A DNA stretch of 57,753 nt from a virus (Duplodnaviria > Caudoviricetes). The notes below the pieces were generated by a model. That model saw nothing but the letters and a program-made list of their open reading frames with translations. It had not been told where the DNA came from and searched no databases. The stretch spans positions 1 through 57,753 of IMG/VR virus record IMGVR_UViG_3300022181_000117; one strand, written 5' to 3'. Made by a program: the position numbers and the translations under genes. This document shows, piece by piece, positions 7,427 through 19,400 of this stretch (position 1 is the first letter of the stretch; each line of letters begins with the position of its first letter).

Positions 7427-10400
7427 TTACATGCCCTGTTCCTCGTAGCTTTCGATGACGGCCAGTCGGCTCTTGTTCGGCCGGAGCATCTTTCTCACCT
7501 GGTCCCGCATGGAGTCCCGCGAGATGAGGGGAACCACCCGGCGCATGTCGTGTTCCCGAATGAACGTGTTGTAGCGCTCCACCTTGTCGAGGATGTCCCG
7601 CAACTTGCCGGGGTCCGCTTCGGCATCGGCGAGATAGGCCCGATATTCCTCGTAGATGTTCTTGCGTCGATCCGAAAAATTGGCCTGTTCGCGCCTGGCT
7701 TCCCGTTCGCGGGCCTCGACGGTTGCGCGTCTGCCGGACCGGAATCCCAGGATGCGCCCTGCCGTCTCTCCCCCTGTCGGGATGTAGGGCTTGCCCCGCT
7801 CATCCCATACGCGGTTTCCGCTGCTGGTCGTGGCGCCGTTCAATTCGCGCATGGCTCGCAGGAAGTTGCCAAGAAATCCCGGCGCGGCACGCTCCGCCGC
7901 GCGTCCGGGCTGGCCGGTCGCAAGGTAGTGGCCGGCCCGTCCGATGTCTTCCACGATGCCGCCGAACGCCCCGGTGAGATCGAGCAGCGTTCGCGGGGTC
8001 TGCATGCCAACGGCAAGGGAGCCGGAGAGATCGACCCCGGCCGCGCCGAGAAGACCATGCCGGGCGACCCGTTCGGCTTCTCCGCCGAGGTTTTCCCTGA
8101 TCACGTCGTAGACCATCTTTTCCGGGTCCCGGTCATCGCCCACGGCCCGCATCATGGCCTTGCCGATTTCCATCAGGATGGGAGTCGCCGCCATGGCCGA
8201 AGACCCCGCAAGGACGGCGGGGGAGAGGAGGGCGAAAGTGAACGCCTTGACGTTTCGCTTGTTCGCGCCCAGGTCGTAGAGGGTCTGCAGGTAGTTGTGG
8301 GCGAACTTGGCGTAGGTGTATCCCATCTGGCCGATTTTCGCCGCCGGGTTGCTCCCCATCGACCACATGGGCATCGTGGCCTTGCCGTAGATGCCGTGGG
8401 CCTTGTTGCTGGCGTTGACGGCGGCGTCCGCGGCTTCCTCGTGGGACAGGCCGCGCGCCCGCGCAAGGCGATACCCGGCCAGCATGGTGGAGCCCCGGAT
8501 CCATTCCTCGGATTTGCGGAACATCCACATGGCCTTGTCCATGACCGCCTGCCAGGATTTTCCGTAAGCCCCCGCAAGGTTCGCCATCGCCTCGCGGGTG
8601 AACTGCTCCAGGTTGGCCGAGCCTCTCATGCGCTCCATGAAAGCCTGCTCATCCTTGTTGCCGAGCGTCTTTTTCCCGGTCATGAAGCCCGCGAAATCAC
8701 GGGAAGCGCTCATGAGTTCCTTTCCCACCTTGAACAAGCCGCCCTTGCCCCCCATGGCGTATTCGTGAAGCGCGGGCGGAACGGTGGTGGCCATCGCCGT
8801 GATGTTGGCGAGCACCGTGCGCGGGGAAAAACCGAGGTACTTGAAGCTGACAAGGGATTTGCCGAACGCGATGGCCCGGTCGGTCGCGTCGGGGTTTCTC
8901 AGCATTTCGTGAATGTAGTCCGCGTAAGTCTGGTAGCGCTCCGGTTCCTTCGCGGGGTCGATGCCGCCTTCGTGAACGGATTTGGTTTGCCGGTCGGATT
9001 CGAGTTCCTTTGCCGTGAGCGCAATCGCGTTCGTCACGTCTCCTGCGTCATCCCGCAACACCCACTCGTCGCCTTCCCGTTCGTAGGTCTGGTACTCGCC
9101 CATCAAAGCCTTGAACATCTGCGACGCGGCCTTGCTTTTGGCGATGCCGCCCGCGGTCTGCTGCGCGTACATGAGGTTGCGGGTCAAGGGGTCCGTGATG
9201 TAGCCTCGAACCACGTCCCCTTCGGAGCGCTGGATCTTGTGGGCCCTGAATCCGCGTTCCTTCAGGATGTCGGCTGCGCTCTCCAGGACTTCCTTTCGAA
9301 GCCTTGCCGCGATTTCGGGATCGAGGTCCGCGCCCCTGACGGCCCGGTCCACGGCCGCCTGGATGTCGGGGATGGTGATGTCCTGGTAGATGGATTCGGG
9401 CAGGCGCTCGATGCGCTGCGGATCACTGATGTTCTTGTGACCCTCGCGCTTTAACCGTTCGATGAACTTGTAGGCCGCCCGCCGGGAAGGCTGGTGGAAG
9501 CGGTAGCGCTCTCCGCCCCTAGCCGAGGTGATGAACCAGTCCCCGGCCTCTCGGATCCGGGGGGAGTAGGAGCCCTTAAGCCAGCCCATCTGGTTGTAGA
9601 GGTCTTTCAACGTGACCTGATGGGGTTTGCCTTCCGCGTCCCTTTGCGTTCCAATCACCGGGACCGGCTTGCGAGCCTTCTCATAATGATTGAGCAGTTT
9701 TCGGATATCGGCACTCTGAAGCTCAAGCGCCTCATCGAGCATGTCCCGGATCTTGTCGACGGCCTCGATCACGTCTTTCGGAGCGCCTTCTCGCACGAGC
9801 TTGTCGCGGTAGGGCTCGATGATCTTGCCGTATGCGTCTTTCTGGTAGACGGGGTTGCCGTTTTCATCTTTGTGAACCCTCCACTTCCAGTTCATCCGGT
9901 CCATATAGTCGATGTGATGCCCGATGTCCTGGTATGCCTTCGGAGCGTCAGATTGATCGTAGAGATCGTACCCCTTTTGCCGGGTCCACCATCCCTTGCC
10001 CTTGAACATGACGACCTTCATCGCTTCGGCCACTTCGGGAGCCTTGAGCACCAGGTTCATGATCTGGTGGCGGTCTTCCTCCCGGCCTTGCGCGGCATCG
10101 AAAATGGCCTTCCCGACCTTGTTCTTCCAGTGTTCCGCGGTGATGAAGAGACGCCCGAGAAAGCCGGTTTCGGTGCGTTCCTCAACCCGGCCCGATGCGG
10201 CTTTTATGGTGGAGAGGAATTCATCGCGCCCTGCGTCTTTGAGGGAGAACGCGGGCTTGAATTGTCCTTCCGGGGTCATCAGTGAAAACAGCGGTTGTCC
10301 CTTCATGGCGGACTCGCGCATGGCGTCGGTCACGGGAAGAAAATGGACCATGGATACATCTCGTGTTCCGTGCGCTATCGGGATATTTGTCTCTCCGACC

Positions 10401-13400
10401 CTGGCCCCCCACTTCTTGACGTACTTGTTGACTTCGGAGGGAAGGATTCTGTCGTAGAAGCCTTTCATGCCCTCGCCGCCGACCTTGAGGTCGAGGCCAC
10501 GGAAAGACACTTCTTTCCCTGGTTGTTCGGCTTGTGCAATGATCTTCTCCGAAAGGTCCTTCCCGATGAAATCGGATAGTGCGTCAGGACTCATCGTTTC
10601 TTCGGAATGAATGATCACCCCATCCTTTTCGATGGAGATATTGTAGGTCCCGGGCAGGAAGCTATCTTGGGCGGCATATACGGTATCCACTTGTTTGCTC
10701 AGATCGTATCGCTCCGCCTGAACCGTGCCGGGGTCCCAGGAGATCCCGCCATACCCGTTCTCTGCGGCGTAACGGATCATGCGTTTCATGGCCAGCATGG
10801 CCCAGGAACCGGTTGACGTGACGAACGGGCCGCCAGGAATCATGTGGGCCGTTGCAGTTTGAGCGGGCGATTCCGCCAGTCGCCTGCGAGCTTCTTTTAT
10901 GGCCGCTTCCTCGGTCTTGACTTCAGGGTCGAAGATATTGGTTACAAAATCCCCGTCTTTTGTTGTGACTTCCCAATATCCATTGGAGTTCTCCGCATGG
11001 AGTTCCTGCTTGGCGAAATCTTTACGGAATCCTTTCTTCCTTCCCTCCTGCGCCCAATCGCTCTGCACTTCTGCAATGTGAAGCAGCTTCTCTCCGTCGG
11101 GACCGGTACGGTCATCGAAGCGCACATGGGCGAAAACGTTGGGCTCGGTCCAATGGGGGGATCGATAATTGCGTGTCGTATCGAGAGCAGCGCGGAAAAT
11201 CCCGTTGGGCGAATCCACGGCTTTTTCGTCTTTGGATACCGGTAACGTCAGCAGCAGTTCCCGGTAATTCTCCCCGCCCGGCTGGGTATACATGTCGTAG
11301 CGTGTTTCCTGGACTATCCCCATCTTCCGTGCAACGAGACGTAGGTCGTCCGGGAGTATTTGTGCTTTCCGGATTCGTTCCAGCAGTTCTTCCCTGGAAG
11401 CTTCTTCGATGCTGTCGAGATCGGCGAATTCCTCGTAGCCGAGAGAATCCACAATAGCCGCAGCTTCGCGGAGTTCCTCATCGCTCATGGCATGCCATCT
11501 GAGCCCCCTATACTTCGTCGCTTCCTCGATTTGCACTTCATTTTGCTTCAGGAAGTCCAGGATCTCCTGCTTGCCGATCTTGCCTTTTCGCTCGGCAAGC
11601 CATTCCAATAGACCGGACCATTGCAGTTCCTCCGCCTTGAATTCGCCCTTATTGGCCCAGGAATCGATCATGCTCCGGAAAGTCTCGGATTGCCCGGACC
11701 CGGGGAGTTTGTTGAGCAGGGTCCGTTGAAGTTGAGAATAGAACATGGGGGCCGCTTGCGAATAACGCGGGGTGAATGCGCCTTGAGAGCCCGGCCTGAA
11801 AGCTCCGCCCGATTCCACAGCCCGCCCGGCCCGCGCCACGAGAGCCTTGATGTCGGCCTCGGTGAGCCGGATGGTGAAGCCGATGTTCCTCAACGCTTCC
11901 CGGATCGCCGCATAGAGGCGTTTGAGAAATCCGGGCTTCTCGCCCTTCTCCGCCATGCGGGCGATCTTCTCGCGGGCGGCGCTCATTCTGCCGTCCCGGG
12001 TGCTGAGATCGAAACCGTAAAGGTCGGCAACTTCCTGGAGTCCTTTCTTGCCGTACAGCATGAAGACTTCCCTCAGGAAGGGTTGGAGCCGGTCTCCAAG
12101 GAGCGCCTCGACGCCGTAGTGCCCGACGAGCTCATGGAGCAGGACTTCCTGCAACCGCTCGGGCGTCGGAATGTTCTCGCCGACAAGGTAGACCGCGCCG
12201 GTTTCTCGGTCGTAGGCCGCCTCGGGAATGCCGCCTCTGTCCTTGGCCTCTTCGGCTACGTGCGCCGGAAGATCGTCCACCGAGTTGACCACTTCGACCC
12301 GGGGACCGCCGGGGAGCTTTTCGACAATGGGCTTGAGAATTCGCTGAAATTGTTGTATATTATTTAGTGTGGGGCCACGGAGCGTTTCAGGACGTTGAGA
12401 GAGGGGCTCTTCGGAGCGCGAAAACGCATCGGAGGGAGCACTGCTTGCCGTGGCCTTTCCTGTTTTTTTGTACATGGTCTTCGGGACAAGTTCCCCGGTT
12501 GCAGTTCTGACTTCTTCCAGGTAATAAACAAATCCGTTGACACGCTTGATGTATTGTATTACCCGGTTTCCATGCTTGGTTATCGATTTGCCAAGACGGA
12601 TCTTATTCGGTGGTTGGATGATTTCAGGTATGTGCAGGATATCTTCCCTGGTTATTGCAGCCTGCCCGCGCAAAGCCTCTCTTGCTTCATTTCCGTGTTG
12701 CTTCAGGATGTGCCGAATCGAATAATTGTCAACAATGTGCGCGTAGCCGGAAACGTCAATCTTGGCATCCTTTTCGATCCTGTCCGCTTCTTCCTCGTCA
12801 GCCTTCCGGATTTCGACTTTCCTGACCTTGCCCGCCGGGTTTTCCATGGCGTAATCGAAGAGATCGGAGAGCTTCCACTTGAGTTCGCTATCCCGCGAAA
12901 TGGAAAATGCGGCCCTGCGGCCGCCCGGCCGATACGGTGCGGTTTCATCCACGATGGGCCGGTTCCTGGTCAGTCTGGCAAGGACCGTCTCGCCCTCCTC
13001 ACCCGTTGGGACGAAATATCGCGTAGTGTATTGAATTCTCTCCCGGAAAATTCCGGCATCGTCGAGTTCCTTGTCATGAGCGTAATTCGGTCCGGTGAGC
13101 TCGATTCTCTTTTCGCCGGACACCCATCTTTCGGCCAGGCTCCAGTTGTTTGCCAGGCGCAAGGTGAAACCCTTGCCGAGAAGATCGATGGCCTTTGCCG
13201 GGGTATACTGCACATCGCTCCGGGATGCCCCGAGATTTGCAAGAACCTCGTTCAAGTCCTGGTGATTGATGAGTCTTCCGAGAAACCGCTTGCCGTCGCT
13301 CGTCTGCAGGCGGACGATTCGAGTGCTTCCCGTAAGGCGGTCCCAAATGGGAAGGACGGCCCCGGTTATCATGTGGGTTCTTTCGGTCACGGTTTTCGGT

Positions 13401-16400
13401 GCTTCCGCGAGATGTTTCTCCCATGCCTCTCGCGCCGCATCGCCTTCGAGCTTCGTCCACTTCTTGGTGTCGGTCAGTTCATCTTCGTGGACCTGCTGCG
13501 CCTTGGTGGCCGGGGATTTCAACGTGGCAACGTTGTAGACTTCTCCCGTCTTGTTGTTCGTTGTGGAACGGATAGGGCCGGCCGCCCAAATCTTCCCGCT
13601 CCTGACATTCCGGTAAATTCCGGTCTTGGCAAACCGCTGGCCTTCGGCGTAAGTCATCCGCGGAGCCGGATTGGTGATATCGACTTCCACGTATTTCGTC
13701 TCGGCCCCGGTCTTTTCATCCTTGTGGACCGTCTCTTCCTTGACGAGTACGATCTTGTCGGCGTGGATGTTCTCAAGGCCCTGATCGAGCGTCCCGAATT
13801 CGATCTCTCTTTCAATGACGGTATCGAGTTGATCCGAGAAGGCGTCGAAGACGGCATTCTGAGCTTCATACTTGAGAGAAAGAAGGCGGTTCAGAAACTG
13901 AGTCATCTGTGGATAACTGAAAGTCTGATTGCCGGTTTCGTTGATAAGTTTCAGACCTGTCTGCCGCTCGAATTCCTCGATGCCGACGCCGCCGATATGT
14001 CCATCCTGAAAGAGTTTGTCGATCGTGCGGAGAAGAGCTTCCTGGGCATATCTGCTTTCAAGATTATCCCTGGCCGTGAAGAATCCCTGGCTTCCGGCCT
14101 GGCGCTGTCCCTTGGTGAGCGCTCCAAGCTGATCAAGCCTCCGGGCGATGGAGGATATGAAGCGTGCCTGTCCTTTTAGATCGGTGGTCACCAGTAGATA
14201 ATGCGGGGCCTGTCGTTGATTGGTCCGGTGAGTGCGCCCAAAACCCTGAACGGCTACATCGGCCCGCCATCCCGGTTGCACCAGGAAATGAATGCGCTTC
14301 TCCTGGTTCTTCGCGGTCAGGTCGGCATGGTAGCTGAGTCCGGTTCCGCCCGCCGACGAGAAGATGAGGACGCGCTTCTTCCCGGCCTGGAACGCTGAGG
14401 CGTCCGCTTCAGTCTTGGCCTTGCTCCTGGACTCCTTGACTCTGTGGCCGTCCTCGCCGACCACGACCCGCTGAGTTCTCCCGGTTATCTCGGCCACGTT
14501 TTTCGCGCCGAATTCGTTCAGGATCATTTCCATTGGGCCGTCCGGAACCTTGATGCTTCCGATTTCGTCAAGGAGCCGTTCCCTCATCTCAACGGCTTCA
14601 CGGTTCTGAACGGGGTTGCCGTTGGAATCGAGCACCATCTGCGCTCGAATATTGCCGTTGTCGTCCATGTATTCTTCGTATTGAAAAACCGGGAAACTGT
14701 GCGCGATGTATTGAGCCAGCTGGTCGCGCGGCGTAAGATCGAGATCCTCCAGGGTATCTTCCTCGCCGAGCTTGGCAATCGCGCGGTTCAGGCTCGCTTC
14801 GTTGGTATTCACGAGTTGAATCACGCAGGAATTCCCCGTATCCAGTTCTTGATGCATGCGTTTCAATACGGACGGCATCTGGAGGGAGGTAATGATCTGG
14901 TTGAAAAACCTCTGATGCGAGCCCCAAAAGGCGGCCATGGCCGCGCCTTTGGCATCTCCGTTCATGAATGCCCCGGTCACTTCCAGTGCCTTGTTGACGT
15001 TGTTCAAGACCACCTGCCACCCTTCGGCCAGCTTGTCGTAAATCCCGCGTTGTTCGTCGGAAAGAGAGTGCTCCAGGCGGTCATAAGTCACGTCATGATA
15101 GGATAGGGACCGGGCAAGGTATTTGCCCATGGCCTTGAGATCGCGGGCAACCAACTCCATGGCCGCGATCCCTCCGGAGGAAATTTGGGAGACAAACGCC
15201 TTCACATTGGGGAATGCCGTTCCGGCCCCCCACAAACCCAGTCGCTTTGCATAGGCCAGATTCAGGACTTCCGTGGCGCCGGTTGCCGAGACATAAACCA
15301 CGCGAGCCTTGGGAAGCCTGTCCTGCAATTCGATTCCGGCAAGGGCCGTTTTCGACGGGTCTTTCGTTCCGCGCTCCCCCTTGACCTGAATGGCGTTGCC
15401 CATCTGGTGCGATTCATCGAAAACGATGACGCCGTCAAAATCCTTCCCGAGCCAATTGACGATCTGGTCGATTCTCTTTTGCGGAGGCATTCCTTCTTCT
15501 TTGGATTTCGTAACGTTTTTCAGTGTGGCGTAAGTGGTAAAAAGAATGCCCTCCTCTGCCTTCACGGGAGTTCCGGGCTTTATTTTCCCGAATTCGAAAA
15601 CCTTCTCCGGATCGTCTCCTATTCCCTCCACGTCTCTGCGTGCGTCCTTGAACAGACTGGAGTTCGCGCTGAGCCATACGCCTTGTTTGCGGCCCTTGTT
15701 CCAGTTGTCCAGGATGATGCCTGCGATTTCACGGCCCTTCCCGACGCCGGTCCCATCACCGATGAAATATCCTTGGCGCTCCCCGCTCTCAAGCATCGCG
15801 TTATGTGCTTGGCCGGCACGCACCACGTTCTCCAATTGAGCGTCGGAGAGTTTGCCTTCCTTGATGATCTTTTCGGGAATGGACGGACGATAGGCGACCG
15901 GCGGCGGCTTGACCGTCGCCATGGCGGCGCTTTCAACGAGGGTCCCGGGATGGGGTTTGGCTTTGGATATTGAAACGGTAGACTTGTACTGATCGTAAAC
16001 GGAATCGGAAAGCGCGGTTTTGGCGGCTTCCTCCTCGGCCTGCCGAACTTCTAGAGGTCCGGTCTCCCGGAGGCCACCATCTGGCTCCAAACCTGGTCGA
16101 GAAGGCTCCACGCGAACTGGAGTGGGGGCTTGTCCTTGTCTTCCAGAAGTCCCGGAAGGGCGCTCCCTCCTTCCTTGTCCTTTCCCTCCAAGATCTTCAT
16201 GGTATCCTTCGGATCGCCCAGGCTGAATGCCTCCACGGTCGCCTCTAACCTGTTGTCCAGGTCGAGTTCCCCCGTGCGGATGGCCCACAACATCAGCTGG
16301 TGCGCGTGGAGAAACGAGTAATCCACCTTCTCGCCCGCCTTCTCCAAGGCTTTCAATGCGGCCTGGTTGAGGGGCACTCTGTTGAGCCAGTTCACCAGTT

Positions 16401-19400
16401 TCTGTTTGTTGGCGGGCATCTCTGACTCCTTTGAGAATGGGCGGCGCTTCCTTCACATCTTCAACGCTTCCCTTGACGATATCATAGCCTTTGGGCTCTA
16501 TTTTGTCAATTATTATCAAACGGTTGTCAAAGCTTGTTCCGTACTTTTGATATCCCTTCCCGGACAAACCAATATCCGCGCGGACCGCATATTTACCGGT
16601 GATCTTATTCCACCACTTACGAAAAGCGGGCGCATCCATGGCCATTCCGCGACCGACTATCGCAACGAGCCTCCCGCCGGATTGCAGACGGTTCAACGCC
16701 TGTTCGATATGACGTTCGGCGTTGCTGGTTTTGCGTTGCCCGGTGATCCTTCCCGCCGTCGATGAAAAGGGCGGATTCATGATGATGATGGTGGGCCTGA
16801 CATCATCGGGCAGGATGTTGTCGAGCTGCTCCGCGTTCTCCGTGAAGACGCGATCGAATCCCATCTGTTTAAGAATCCCGGCCCGGCGCTCGGAGAACTC
16901 ATTCACATAGGTCCTGGCACCCGATGCTTTGGCAAATACCGCAAGACCGCCAATACCCGCGCTCGGCTCAAGAACCGTGTCCTTCCCGGTGATGTTCGCG
17001 GCCCAGGCCGCCAGGTAGGCGAGAGGGGGCGGAGTCGAAAACTGCTGAAACTCATCCATCTCGGCGGTGCGCTTGGACTGCGTGGGAAGCAGATTGATGA
17101 GGCGCTGCAACGCCTTGATCTGGTCCTTTGCGGCATCCATGTCGGCCGGAAGAGCTTCCCCTGTGAAATGGTCGAGGATGTACTGATTGACGCCCATCTC
17201 CATGGCATCGTAGGCATCCTTGGGGGTGTATTTGCCTTCCGCCTGGCTCCCGCCGAACGCTTCATTGCCCTTGGCGAAAAGATCCTTGGCGGAAAACATC
17301 TTTCCGGCGGCAATCTTGTCCTTCACCCAGGCGGCGAGTTGCCGGCTTGCGGATGATGCGGGAGCTGTTTCCGTTTTTGTTGTCGGAACAATCTCGGCCT
17401 TCGCGCCGGGTTGAGGGATGACCGGATAATTCTTTAAGGCATCGAGATATTCCTCGACGTGGTCCCCCAAACTGATTTCAGAGGGTTCTTTCCGTACCTT
17501 TTCCCCGGCCTGTTTCAGCTGTTTTCCGTATTTCTCTGCAAGATCCGGATATCGATTCAGCACTTCAGGTGGAATGATCTTGTTTTCTTTGAGTGCCGTC
17601 TCGACATGCTGACGATGAGCGACGGAAGCCGTTTGTTCAAAATGCTTTTCCGTTCCAACCAGAAATCCATGAGTTTCAGGAAGAAAGGGCTTCTTCAATT
17701 TCGTTTTGGCTTGCTCGGTGAACTCTTCCCGCGTCATCTCATGGGGCTGTTTTTCCGGACGGCTCTGTTTTTCAATGTCCCTGAGCACCCCCGGCAGTTC
17801 CTCGAAAGAATAAACCGCGTCGTGCTTGTCGATGGTGAACCGGAGTTTCGTGACATCGGTCTTCGGATCGAGCAGCACTTCATTGGCCGATTCGCCGCGT
17901 CCGACGATGGATTCCCGTGGCGCCACGATGCCCACCGGAACGTGCTCGTAATCCCCGTACATGGGAATGACCGGTTTGTCCCTGGTCGTGATCTCGGTCG
18001 CGCTGATTCCCGGCCGTCCTTCGAAAGATCGGCCTTCGCGCAATCGCTTGTTCTCCAACAGATATTGGAGTTCTTCGACATCGGTGGCACGGACTGCGGA
18101 ACCGAGAGGAATGTTTCCCGCCGCAACTTCACGTTGGATCACGTCTTTGACGTGCGCCTTCTCTTCGGCGATTTCCCTGGTGGTTGTAGGGGCCGCCTCG
18201 ATCTTATCGACGCTGTGCGCGGCTTCTTCAAGGGCAGCCTCAAGGTCGCTGCTCAACCTCGGGCCTTTGGGCTTTTCTGGACGTTCCTCCTGGATCGGTT
18301 TCTGTTCTTGAGCGCTTTCTTCCTGAGAAAGCGCCGCCTCCAATTCCCTTATGGCCTCGGCCGTACTCTCGACTCTGCGCTGTGAAGCGGCCACGTGGTT
18401 TGCGTTCAGCCATAGATTAGTCTCAAGACCATGCCCCATGCTCTTGTCGTAGTCGCTGACGGCGGCCTCTCCGCGAGTTTCGAGATCGGCCTTTCGAGCG
18501 AGATCGCGGGCGAGTTCCCTCCTGGCTTGCTCATGTTCCGCCCGGGCCTTTTGAAGCTTCTTTTCGAGGGCGGTCCTTTCCTTTTTCGTCATCTTCCTCG
18601 CCGGTTCGGGCTTTCCCATGGCCGGAGCCTGCGGCGCTACCTCGCCTTCCCGCCGCCCTTCCGGTGCTTGAAATACTCCACCTGCCGGAGCCGCTCGTTC
18701 GCCTGCGCCTCGCTCGGGTACGGGCCCCCCAGCCGCTTCTTGCCGTCCTCGGAGCGCACTTCCCATCCCTGCCTGGTTTTCACCTTCATAAGCCTGTCCT
18801 TCCTTGTAAGAAACGGGTTTCTTCGTTTGCTTCGGGTTTCTCACCCATCGTTTGAATTCCTTCATGCCCATTCCGGTGACGGCGCCCTTGCCCTGCCAGC
18901 CGGGGGCATAGTTCTGCCGGTAAATCTGTTCCGCCTCCGCCTGGCTGTTTGCGCCGAGAATCACCTTGTGTTCATCGAATTTCCCGGTTCCCGGGTCGAT
19001 CTGGTCGACCACGTAGGCCCGCTCGCTCGTGGGGTTCGGGCCGATGAACGCATCGACGTGGTCCTTGTCTTTTCCCTTGGTACCCAGGATGTAGCCGTAA
19101 TGATTTTGAAGCGTGGATTCCCAGCGCTTTCCCTCCTTGTCCGTCCCGGAGCGAATGGAGCCTTGCGGGTTCTCGATGCTGATTCCAAGCCCCTGGAAAT
19201 TCACCCGGCCTTTCTTGTAGTTCCCGGCTTCCTTCTGAGCCTCGGTCGGCTCCGGGCGTTCGTTCAGCGGAGAAGTCGCCGCCTCGTGGGCCTTCCGGTC
19301 GATGGTTTCGAGCGGAGCCTCGGCACTTTCGGGAGGCAGTGCCGGAGCGGCGGGTTCGACCGCGGGGGGCATCGGGTAGTTTTCCCGCCGGATGCCCTGG

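Noticed and set aside
12368-12469. tRNA gene
   Set aside because: No canonical D/T arms, anticodon arm or CCA end; kept only as a candidate sRNA.
17734-18132. 132-aa alternative-frame ORF as a third nested gene
   Set aside because: R/S/P-rich, no RBS, and the host frame is the globular one here, unlike the two accepted nested genes.
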